NCBI GenBank assembly: GCA_004022145.1
Contig: RCNU01000002.1
Length of the DNA: 64,000 bases
Source of the DNA: Paecilomyces variotii
Lineage: Eukaryota
Reading direction: 5' to 3' (one strand)
Numbering within the stretch: the first letter of the stretch is position 1; every line of letters begins with the position of its first letter. Below are positions 24,552-35,762 of the stretch, piece by piece. The notes beneath the pieces are model-generated. The model had not been told where the DNA came from and searched no databases. It worked only from the letters and a program-made list of their open reading frames with translations. A program made the translations under genes and the position numbers.

Positions 24552-26330
24552 CTAGACACCAGATTCGGTAGAATCGTCTTGCTCGACGTCGTTTTCACTC
24601 TCATATGACTTCCACGCGGCACAGGTCGTGTCCAATGTGTCATAATCAATCAGACCTGAAATCTCGCTATATCTTTCTATGAATTGAAGAGCGAAGCCTT
24701 CCTCCGTATGCCAGCCTATGTGGCAGTGCATTAGCCAAGCACCGGGGTTATCCGTCTTGAAAGCTAGCACGAGATACCCAGAGCTAGGAAGCATGGCTGT
24801 ATCCCGTCGTGGCGGATTCGTCAAGCTACCCAAATCAGACGAATTGTACGTTCCTGTGCCTTGCGCAAGGATAAAAAAATCATGGCCGTGGAGGTGAATC
24901 GGGTGTGGCACTGCTAAGGTAGTTTGAATGACGATATAGGCCCATTCGTTGGCGTCGGGAAGTTTGATGACGCCGCTGCTAGTAGTGAAATTGGTAATGT
25001 TATTATAAAGCTTCAGAAGCGTTGGATCGTTCCATTCAACTTGGAATGTTGTTTCGTTCAGGTACCAGCGGAACAGGCTCTCTGAATTCGTTCCGACAGT
25101 CACGTCTTCGAGGTCCTGCCAGGTCCCTGTGGAGACGTCCTTTGAGACGACAGGCACGAGGTTACTGAGATCCTCATCATCGCAGGAATCAGTGTATGAG
25201 TAGCCTGTAGTTGTCGGTGTAGATGGCGAGTCACCATAGTACACAATGCCTTTGATATTGTCGGTGCTGTCATTGTCGGAGCAGGCCTCCTGGGGAATTG
25301 CACGCATCCAGAAGTTATCCGCCACGTCGGATTGATCGGCGGTCACAATAACATCGTATCGCTGGCCTGAGAAATTATTCCATGTCAACTATGGTTCACT
25401 CAAGTGGATCAAGAAGTCCTTATTACCTATTGCAATATCCAAGACGGTAGTATTGTATGGCTCAATAGGAACGAGGTCCGCTGCAATAACCGTAAGAGTA
25501 TGGTTATCTATGGAGAATTTGAAGTGTGTATCAATAGCCGCATTCACCAGGCGGAAACGATAGGAGGTGCCAGCGGTAAATGAGGTGTTGAATCTATATC
25601 CGGTCTGGTCGGAATCACCATCGTCTCCGTAGACATTGGTGCCATTGATCAATGCATTATCCAACGTTGGCGGTCCAGATGACTGCGCCGTGGGGTATAG
25701 TTCGTCAACAGTTTGATGAGACCAATCATTGAGGATCAATATTCCCTTGTCTTCATCATAATTGGAGCTTGCAGGTCCATTGATGATTATGCCTCCAAAC
25801 ACACCCTCCCATGCCTGGAGGTCGAAATGGGAGTGATACCAGGTACTACCATACTGTGTGGCTCTCCAAGTATAGGTTATGGAATCTCCAGGGGCAGTTG
25901 GACACTGAGTGATGGCGACTACGCCATCGTTCTGGTTCGTATAGTTTTGGCGAATGCCATGAAAATGGATGCTAGTGCCGTTCTTTGATTCTGTCAGGCT
26001 GTTTGTGACATGAACAACGACGGTATCGCCCCAGTCGGCCTCTAAGGTTGGACCAGGGATAGACCCATTGACTGTTAGGGCAGTCCTCGAGTAGCCGTCA
26101 GGAGCAACAGTTGCCTCGATCAGCTCGAGATAATACTCCCGCGTGACGCCTGTATCTGGGACTTCGGACGTGTAGTCGGTATTTATATCATAATCGCACC
26201 ATTCAGTTCGTGTGGTGGCAGTGTTTCCAGAGCAAGCACTCCGTTTTGCATTGGATGTATGTCTGATTGCTGGGTTGGCTGAAACAAGACAAGCCATGCT
26301 CCCAACAAGGAGAACGGAGGAAAAGCGCAT
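24552..26330 (-). CDS. Secreted ascomycete laccase (multicopper oxidase)
   Basis: Signal peptide MRFSSVLLVGSMACLVSA; intron 25426-25367; copper motifs HFHG, WYHSH, HPIHLHGH, HCHIGWH; C-terminal ESGV plug. Confidence 0.95.
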
Positions 26331-27786
26331 TGTGAATAGACGGTGCTCTTTATAAAACGATCGGATATGAGCAAAAGTAGGAAAGACGCAGAAAGAAAAG
26401 AATTCTGTATGGTCCCAATTTAACAAAAGAACTTGCGGCAGCGCCCCTGGTTAAAAGACCGGAAATAAAGGAGAAGACAGATGGATAGGTCTATCGTATT
26501 ACCTTCCGGTCTATACCATCTTTTATATCTTATCTTTGAACACCTTCAACGCGTCGGTCAGTCAGCCAGTCGGTCATGAAGACATCTCAAGTCGGCCAAA
26601 CTGACCGTTTGTGACCCATCTTTTCGCTTTGAAATCTCTTCCGCATGATAAAGCCGCGAATTCCAGTGGAGAAAGATTATATTTTGAAACAGACCTATAC
26701 GAAGCCCGACTGCGCCTGGATAGATGTAGGCGCTGGGGTTCCAGAACAGGTCTGCAGGAACGAGGGTTCGAACAATGGTTCATCATGTCTATTTCCGAGC
26801 ATCCGCGGACGTCTATATATAGGACTATAGTATGGAGTAAACAGATCCGGTGTCTTTGAATGGCTAAGCGTTAGTGAGATCTCGAACCAGGATACATCGT
26901 CCAGTAATATGGAGGAGTTACTTAATCAGTCCCCGGTGTAAGGCGGTTCCCGTCCTATATCTCTAGATTTGGCAATATACGATGTATACCGTCCACTTAG
27001 GAATAGCCCATGAGGACCGATCAGTGTATAATGGAAGTCATCACCACTACCAGTCCTACAGATCATGAATAGTTTCGCGTATCCGTCTTAACAGACCTCA
27101 CGGAGATCATTTGTTAAACAGGTATCTTCAGTATCCTGTCTTGTACTCTAAACAGCATGGCGAGGACAAACGGATCATGTATTGGACGCTGGAGTATATT
27201 AATCTAGACTCGTCAGCGAGCTATATTCTTCTATATTTGACTATTTTGCAAAATTCGGAGAGCTCCTTCTTTTCTTTGCGACTTAACTTTGGTGACGCGT
27301 CGTAGTGAATTCAGGTCTTGGCGGCCACGTATGGGGCAACTTTTGAACTGCATCGACTTCATGCGATCTTTCTTAACTTCCAAGATTTTCCCAGATAAGC
27401 ATGTCAGAACGGGCACCGGGTCGAGATCGTGGACCACATTGCCAAGGCCCTCGGGTGCGTATGTTCGCCCGCCTATCAATACGTCTCTCCATGCTATAAT
27501 TGAACATTTATAGTGATGACCCATCGATCACTAAGCCACATGGTTGGGTACTTCATGCGCGTCTCTCAGCTGAGAGTGACTCGTCCTATAATCCCTGTCT
27601 CTGTTGTTTCGTACATCTGGCCAATGTTTCCCTGAAGTTCAAACAAGGCGAGTTCTCACATAGTATATGTGCAGCTGATCGCCCACGATAAAACACAAAG
27701 TCTTCGTACTATACTACATTCTGAGTGATTGAGACAAGAAAAAAAAGGCCCCGTTTGATCTCTAATCTATCTACTCTAAAACCGCA

Positions 27787-28453
27787 ATGGGTACTTTATC
27801 ATTCTTCATTGGCCTCCTAGCCATCTTTCTTCCCCTTTGCTCTGCAGCATCCCAGGATATGTTCAACTTGTTTGCATACGGTGATAATATAGGCGGTCTT
27901 CCACTGGTCTTCCGAGATGGTATACATACATATCCCCTATCGATACCCATATGGACTCTACTAATAGTTTACTAGGATATGCGCAAGTTGGTGACCCAAA
28001 CAAACTAAATTCTTCGTTTACCAAAATATATTGTAGGAGCCTTGCCGTCACTTTGAGAAATGATATTTTCTAACGTTCATATCAGTCGATACGAACTCGA
28101 GTACCTCGCAGTGGGTCGCAAACCCTAACAACACTGATAGTTCTGCGAACGCAACATGGTCCAACCAAGTACTGTTCGTCCCGGGGCCATCATCGAGCGA
28201 CCACCGTATTGGATTCGCATCAGATCCCGGCTCTAACGTCACAACTACATTCAAGACGTACGGCCAATTCGTCTTCGTGGTTAACACTACAGGAGAATGG
28301 GAGTCTGCATTCTACGCGCAGTCTACAGATACGGAAAATCTCTACTCTCTTCTCTGGAACCCTGGTGATTCTGAAGACTACATTCCTGTGACACTGAGAA
28401 CTGTCGCGCCGTCAAATTTCCAGGACAGTAACGAGACCAGCAGTAGCAGCTGA
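27787..28453 (+). CDS. Small secreted protein of unknown function (about 185 aa)
   Basis: Signal peptide MGTLSFFIGLLAIFLPLCSA; two introns; FNLFAYGDNIGGLPLVFRDGYAQVG..WVANPN..FKTYGQFVF..FYAQST..YSLLWN..PVTLRTVAPS; several N-x-S/T sequons. Confidence 0.85.
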
Positions 28454-30469
28454 ACTTAGAAGGAGAAGTAGCCAGTGTAGTTGGGAAAATGGACACTTGT
28501 CGGTTTCGCTATCATTCTCCCTATCTTTTTGTCCGGCCTAGTTAGGAATACAGAAGTCACTGTATCATCAATCAAACCGAGAAGGTATAGCGCTTATCCC
28601 CTGTAGGATGATTTCGATTTCTAAATATGACCATACCGCCAGCAGGGAACTTTGGCTATCTATTCAGTCGCTAAATCCTCCCAGATCCGTAGAAAGTACA
28701 AGCTTTACAGGAACCATTAAAGTCATCTTCGGATTTTACCAGTACAGGTCGGATGGTATTTTCACGACAGAGACCTTATCCCAATATGTCCAGTTTAACA
28801 AGAAAGTTGTACTCGTATAGAAGACTTATTATTCCCGTAGAGCACCCCGTGTACTAATGGTTCTGTTTCCGATCTTTTCCCTGACCCTCTTCGAGCGGTT
28901 CTGAATTGGTATTCCAAATACATGGATACCTAATATATAGGTATATAGAATGTTGTTACATCGAGTTCAAACACATGCCAGTGCACATATCTCAATTACT
29001 ATTAAGCCATCGTTTCTACAAACTGTACATTAATTTGATTCTACGAAAACCTGTTATGGTAGTTCTCTGTCCAAAACCCAGCACCAAAACACGGTCATAT
29101 AGTCTAAGTTCAAATATATTCCTTGGCTGGCTGCTATTATTGCTGTGGCTGGTGACCCGAACCATGGTTTATGACTATCACTATGTATCTACGGAGTAAC
29201 TTCCCGTAGATCCGTCAAACTAGTGCTTCCCCCTGAGACCCATCCGTACCATTGTTCCAGTAGGTGCCCTGTCATAGATCGAACATTAGTTACAACCTTA
29301 CATGACAGGAGAGTCTCTTGATAAGTAATGGCTAACTAACAGCTAGACGATCAGCTAGTTAATAATACTGCTTATCGAATTCATGTGCCTTGGAAGTATG
29401 CATGATGTTTCGCGCCTGAAGCTCGGTCGCATCAATACTGTCAATTAATAAAAGAAGCCCGATTATCTTTTTTTTTTTTTTTTTCCAATAGTGTCTCTCC
29501 TTGCTGAACAGTCTGTGGGACTGGTTTTTCTTGTTTGAATTGGATCGAATCGAATCGAATCGGAGAGGAGTGTCGCGATACATTAGGTACCTAGGTAAGT
29601 TAATAGGTAATTTGTACGTACACCAATTAAAGTAGAGAAGCGCTCATCAGCCTTATGGCAGAAAACAAGAAATCGAGAGTGACAATCCACACATACCATA
29701 CAACAAGAATAACCTTCACTAGATCTCATCGCTCGCACAAACTAAATCATCAATTATTGCCTGTTACAACTTAAGTTAGTATATGTCCCCCAATCGGGCC
29801 GTGTGGCTGAGCTCGGGAAATCAGACTATTCAAGCCACAGCACTCGCCACAAATAACGCAAGCCTCTTTTGACGGGTCACAAAAAACCACAAACCGCCTT
29901 GATTCAGGGGGGGGGAACACAAGACAAGACATATGCAACTTTAATTTTAGGAAGATCGAGATCCTAGAGTTACCGCACGGACCACAATGCATATGCATCA
30001 TGCTGGATGGCTTAATTTCAAGTGCATGGTTTGTATGATCGGGTGAAACTGATGTGTGGGATAGTCTGTGTGTTTTTTTATTGCAGAATAATAGTACAAC
30101 AGGTTTGTGAGGTATGTACTAGATGAAAATGAGAGACAACGGATGTAGTGCATATATTAGAGTAACTTTGGTTTTTTTTGGACAATGCAAAAGTACAAGG
30201 GATACCCGACAATCTGGGAAGGATAACAGAACGCTATCACTTGGTGGTATATGAAACAAACAAACTGGAAGATGTTTGAACGCCATATATGCTGTATATC
30301 TAAAAGGGAAATGGTCAATTTGGTATCACAGATAGAGCGGCGAAAATGTAAATGACGAACATAAGACAGATGGTACTTTGTACCGTGACCCAGGACTTGA
30401 CAAGCAACGGTTACTCCTGGTTGGGATTACCATGCAGGTGAAGCTGGAGTTATGAATACTCTACATAAC

Positions 30470-32520
30470 TCACAGCTGTGGAGAAGCACATCCGAGCTTG
30501 ACAAGCATCTCCCGGTACGAGTTCATCTGGGCGAGCTTGAACCGCTGGATCTTACCACTCGGGGTACGTGGGATCTCCGCGACAAAGCTCACACCACCAT
30601 CAAGCGCTTTGTAGCTTGACAGCTGGCTGCGCGCGAACTTGTACACCTCGTCCGCTGTCAATTTGTTTTTGGACAGGCCAAGAGTCGGTACAACGAAAGC
30701 ACGGGGCACCTCGTTGTGTCCGGCTTGATCGAGGGTGACGCCGATCACAGCAGCGTCGGCGATCAAAGGATGCTGCAGGAGAACAGCTTCGATCTCTGCT
30801 GGGGCAACTTGCCAACTATCGAAAAGTTAGTCTTTTGTCGGGTAGATCTCACAGGGCTGGTGGTCCAAGCCCACAGGGGCATATGTGGCGCAGTACATAG
30901 ATTGGAAAGGATGTGGATGTAAGAACTTACCCTCTGACTTTGATCAGCTCCTTGGAACGTCCGACAATATAGAACTTTCCATCTCGGACACATGCGACAT
31001 CGCCAGTCCTAAACCAGCCGTCCTGGTCCTTGGATGGGATTCCTTGCTTGTAACAGGACAAGAGTCCCGGACCACGCACATAGATCTCTCCCGGTTCCCC
31101 GTCAGCACGGACCTCATTGCCTTTACTGTCAACCAGCTTGACCTCTGTGCCTTGCAGCTGACGGCCAATACTGGCAGTATCATCCTGCTCGCCGTACCGC
31201 ATTTGGAACGTAACACCTGCTTCTGTCATACCCCAAAGTTGAGACACGTTGGCATCACGGTGCAGCTTGGCTTTGCATCTGAGCATCGCGGCGGCATCAA
31301 TTGCCGCACCAGCGATACCAAGGTAGCGGAGAGAAGACAGACCATCCTGATTGGGTCCACTGTAGCGGTTCAAGGCGTGCACCATAGCAGGAACCATGTA
31401 GGTTTCGGTGATCTGGAACTGGGATATGCAGTTGATGTACTGCTCAAGGTTGAAGCGGGGGAGGATGTAGACCGGCTGTCCATAGCGGATGGGGAATATG
31501 TGGGCCCATAGTGCACCGAAGAGATGAAACATCGGGATCGACATCAATCTGACAGGATCGTATGGGACATCATAGTTGATGATCGAATGCTGAGATATCA
31601 AGGCGTAGTGTGAGAGAATGGCACCTTTAGGAAGGCCACCTGTGCCACTGGTCGTGAACATTGCAGCTGGGGTAGCTTTGGCGGTGGTCTCGTCGTCAAA
31701 TGAGATCCAGTCGCTTTCTCCATGCTCCAGGAGATTGGAGATGTTTAGACATTGGCTGCTGCTGCTCCTGCTGATAGACTCATTGTTTCCAGTCAGAGAT
31801 CCACGAAGGGAATTCTCTGCTGCCGCAGCCTCATGGTGGGTGCTGGTCAAGAATGGTTCCAGGAATGCCATAGAACATTCATCCATCACGCAAATCTGAC
31901 TTGCCACAATGCCCTTGGCTACTGTAGCCTTGAAAACATTAGGCAGTCCTTCCGGAGTGGTGATAATGAATTTAGGTTCCGCCAGATCGAGGAAGTGATC
32001 CAGCTCATGAGCTTGACTTGATGGGTTAACACCCATGTGAACACCACCTGCACCGACAATACCGAAGAACAGTGCGGAGTATATGACCTATGAAATCCAG
32101 TTAGCTTGATCTTTGGTATGCAGGGAACGTCATATCCGACGCAAGCCGGGGAAAGTGAATAACACATACGTGATTGCCCATATGGACAAGCACACAGTCA
32201 CCATTCTGGAGGCCGTGTGCCCTCAATCCCGCAATCAAGGTCCGAACGAGGGCTCTGAAGCGGCCAGCGCTGAGAGACCGAGTTGGATTCTCTGCGTCAA
32301 TGTAGAGTGGCTTGTGTTCATCAAAGGGGACAGGAGGGTTGAGGGCAAATGTAAGAAGGTCCTTATAGATCTTGCCGATTTCGGGACCATTGGCCGCTGA
32401 TTGTGAAATCAGTTGAGGGCTCATTTTGGAGAGAAAGCTCCAGATTGAGTTCAGGTTAGGAGGGAATAATTTAACAAGAGAGGAGAGCTCAAGCTCAGAA
32501 CATCTATACAGGAGATCCAT
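30470..32520 (-). CDS. afeA: Adenylate-forming enzyme, 4-coumarate-CoA-ligase-like (AfeA ortholog)
   Basis: Introns 32169-32088 and 30930-30816; TTSGTGGLPKG, WGMTE, FRTGD, IVGRSKELIKVRGWQVAPAEIE, PRTPSGKI; divergent from tmpA-like gene. Alternative start at 32424 (MSPQ). Confidence 0.85.
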
Positions 32521-33744
32521 CTTGGAGTTTCTGAGTAGTACTATGTCAAACAATCGATTGACAAAAACAAAGTTCGTGAATGAAGAAGGTAATTGGGAGG
32601 ATATCGGAGGTTCTATTTATCTCTCCCTTTCGGAGTGGAACTACCATGAGTGAAGGGAAACTGTCTTGTCTCAGCCGTCGGGATCTAGTTTCATACGGAA
32701 TTGTGATGGATGAATCCGTGATACGGAATGTGCGAATGCGGTGGAGTGCCACCATCTACAACACCACCAAGACATAGTCCAGCTGAACTCAAAAAACAGA
32801 CTCTGTTAATTCCAAATTATTATGTACTCAGTGACTGGGGGCGATAGTAGCTGATGGGCACCATGACAGCCTTGCATGATCGATTAGCTCGCCATCAGAC
32901 AAGATTTGCCTTCCTTGGCCGGCTGTCCTCATGTCCAGTCATCCTATCCTCTGTCCTCATGGCGTGGAAACTAAATCCATAGTCAGTGGGCTTTTTCATA
33001 TTCTTGATAGCCGCTTCCAATGATATCGTCAAGTCTGCCAACATCTACCCCTCCTAGATTCATGCCTGGATCGGTCGAACGGTAGGCTCGTCATACCTCC
33101 TGCGGTGGGTAGCTGAACGGACGATGCTGCATGATGACAGATGAGGAAGTCTGTTTGATGGTTAGGTATTTACTGACTCATGTGGTGCCATCTAATGTTC
33201 CCGTCCCCGGCTTAGTTCGTAGATAAGTTAAGCTACGTGTGGTGGAGAAAGACCCTGCAGAAGGGATCGATCGTACTTTAGGGCTAATGATCATCTAACC
33301 AACTGGAACCTCAGGGAATCAGGCGGGGCGATCACGGATGATCAGCTAGGATCGATTCCAGAGGCAAGGGGGGCTGTGGAGGGTGTGCATTGCTAGGTCA
33401 TTTGCCGTAGTTTTGGGAGTTGAGGAATGCTATGCCTGGTCCCTGCGCGGAATAAGCTGTTTCTGGCAATATTGTGTGCAGACACAAAAGGCCGCCACAT
33501 TCCAGAGAATACAAGGTCATTAATAGTCTTGAATTATTTACTCTCCACAGGTGATTGATTCCAGCGGGACAACCGTTTGCGTGGAGAAGGAAGCCTTCAC
33601 CCCGAGTGTCTCTTCATATATAGATATTCTATATTCACGTCTTTTCCCGCACCCCTCGAGTTCTGTCTTTATATCCTCGAGTATTCGGACACCCGGCCAC
33701 ATTATTGCCTTTCAGCCTGCATTGATCAGGGAAAGAGGTACAAA

Positions 33745-35235
33745 ATGTCGGTTTCCGAGACGGGATCTGTCCACGATCCAACGTGGTCGTCTTCCGACCT
33801 CAGCGCTCCAAGTACCAATACTTCACAGGGCAGTGATATCCACTTGATCCGTGATGAGAAGAAGGCACTTTATCCATACAAATCGGTTGCTGTCCAAGTC
33901 GACTTGGAAGCCGCTCGAACACCGGATACTCTTCCCGATCCAAAGAAGAAGAGATTCGCCCCAATCCGCTTCGTCATCCTCAACATCTATCGACGTCTCT
34001 TCTCGTTGGTTTTCTTGGCGAATATTGCCACATTCATTGCAATCATGACCACGGAGCGGAAACTTCTGGGCTTTGTCAACGCAGCCGCGGCTAATCTGCT
34101 TGTCTGCGGCCTGGCCCGACAACCTCTGGTGGTGAACTCGATATTTGTCAGTGTCTGCTCGATACCCAGATCCGCGCCAATGTGGCTACGTCGATTTGCT
34201 GCCAAAGTCTATCACTATGGGGGTGTCCACAGTGGCTGTGGAATCGCCTCTCTGGTGTGGTATGCCGGCTTCATTGGGCTGCTCTCTCGACAGTATTTTG
34301 CTGCCGGAGGTGCTCCAGGGATTTCCACCGCGGCAGTGGTGCTGTCCTATGTCATCCTTGGTCTCCTGGTCGCGATTATCCTTGCGGCATTTCCCATGTT
34401 CCGCTTCAAGCGACATGATTATTTCGAGCTAACCCACCGCTTCTCGAGTTGGCTTGTCTTGTCTTTGTTCTGGGCACTCATCTTCGTCTTTTCGGAAGAC
34501 GCCCGAAAAGCGAGTCACCAGTCCCTTGGGCAATACCTGATCCGGCTTCCTGCATTCTGGTTCCTGATTGTGGTGATCGTCGCCATCATTCACCCCTGGG
34601 CGATGCTACGCAAGGTTCCTGTGCCGCAAGCTGAGCAGCTCTCAAAGCACGCGGTGAGACTCCACTTTGACTATACCACGACCGCCTTTGGGAAGGGGAT
34701 TCAGCTTGCCAAACATCCCCTGCGAGACTGGCACGCCTTTGCTACCTTCCCAGATCCTGACGGACAGACCTTCTCCGCTCTGGTCTCGCGAGCAGGTGAC
34801 TGGACATCTGACACCATTCAGAATCCACCCACCCACCTGTGGAAGCGCGGCGTCCTGATCTATGGCTTTGCATATGCCATGAGGGTCTTCCGCCGGGTCC
34901 TGGTGGTCACGACCGGGTCCGGGATTGGGCCCTGCCTGTCATTCCTCGGGGACGAGAATCGACCCGAGCTGCGGGTGGTGTGGCAGACACGATCTCCACT
35001 GCAGACATACGGTCAAGGCGTCCTAGACTTGGTGGCACGCATGGACTCTAATGCAGTCATCCTGGATACCAGCAAGACGGGACGGACCGATATGACGCCC
35101 CTCATCCAGCAGCTGGCTGCGGAGTTCGAGGCGGAAGCTGTGTGCGTGATCAGTAATCCTGTTCTGACAAAGAAATTGGTCTATAATTTGGAGGCAAGGG
35201 GCGTACCGGCCTACGGCCCGATCTTTGACTCGTAG
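33745..35235 (+). CDS. tmpA: Integral membrane flavoprotein TmpA (ferric-reductase-like TM region plus FAD/NAD-binding domain)
   Basis: Intronless; IYRRLFSLVF, KVYHYGGVHSG, FELTHRF, WHAFAT, VSRAGDWT, TTGSGIGPCL, VISNP, GVPAYGPIFDS C-terminus. Confidence 0.88.
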   Translation: MSVSETGSVHDPTWSSSDLSAPSTNTSQGSDIHLIRDEKKALYPYKSVAVQVDLEAARTPDTLPDPKKKRFAPIRFVILNIYRRLFSLVFLANIATFIAIMTTERKLLGFVNAAAANLLVCGLARQPLVVNSIFVSVCSIPRSAPMWLRRFAAKVYHYGGVHSGCGIASLVWYAGFIGLLSRQYFAAGGAPGISTAAVVLSYVILGLLVAIILAAFPMFRFKRHDYFELTHRFSSWLVLSLFWALIFVFSEDARKASHQSLGQYLIRLPAFWFLIVVIVAIIHPWAMLRKVPVPQAEQLSKHAVRLHFDYTTTAFGKGIQLAKHPLRDWHAFATFPDPDGQTFSALVSRAGDWTSDTIQNPPTHLWKRGVLIYGFAYAMRVFRRVLVVTTGSGIGPCLSFLGDENRPELRVVWQTRSPLQTYGQGVLDLVARMDSNAVILDTSKTGRTDMTPLIQQLAAEFEAEAVCVISNPVLTKKLVYNLEARGVPAYGPIFDS

Positions 35236-35661
35236 TTGTTGTACATAGGCCCACGAGCTATATATTAGTCTGTATTGAATTCATGGTTTATCCACCTGAA
35301 AAGCTGTCTTTTTTTGCGCGCTTATGTCTAGTCGATCATCGTTCGTCCCGGGTTTCCGGGACCTGGCGCAGTGCCACGATGCACTCGAGCCAATCGGGGA
35401 TCCCAAGCCGTCAGAGCACTAGTGCTGTGGTTGATGGGGGGTTTTAGAAAAAAGTAATATACGGAGGAGAGCAGAAGAATGTTGTGGTGGGTGGGAGCGA
35501 GGAGGTTTGCAGGCAGCTGTGGCTCAGCCGATTGTTGTGTCGAGAATAATACAGCAGTAGTAAGTAGTAGTAGTTTAGTCTAGCGTCCGATCTGAGATCG
35601 CCCTGGCAGGATCCACCGCAAGCCATCGACTGCACACGCACACAGACCGCAGAATGGCACG

Positions 35662-35762
35662 AACCAACAATCAACCATCAACAGCCAACAACCAACAACT
35701 AACAGCTGACAACCAACAACCAACAACCAACAACCAACAGGTAATAATAATAATAATAACAA
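35662..35762 (+). repeat. Imperfect (AACCAAC)n minisatellite followed by (TAA)n
   Basis: aaccaac-type units repeated about 10 times, then taataataataataataac. Confidence 0.8.

Noticed and set aside
26331-26426. N-terminal extension of the laccase ORF
   Set aside because: Non-ATG start; the signal peptide begins at ATG 26330
32030-32090. Apparent frameshift near the start of afeA exon 2
   Set aside because: Careful reading gives IVGAGGVHMGVNP in one frame after the 32169-32088 intron
33131-33177. ATGATGA...CTGA resembling a box C/D snoRNA
   Set aside because: Only about 47 nt, no convincing terminal stem or rRNA guide
33577-33744. 56-aa N-terminal extension of TmpA in the ORF track
   Set aside because: Begins at TTG and spans a TATA-like element; AAAATGT at 33745 is the likely start
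7120-35235. Stop-codon readthrough to cryptic peroxisomal signals
   Set aside because: Stops checked for cyanase, PLD and afeA lack the TGA-CTA context and give no SKL-like extension
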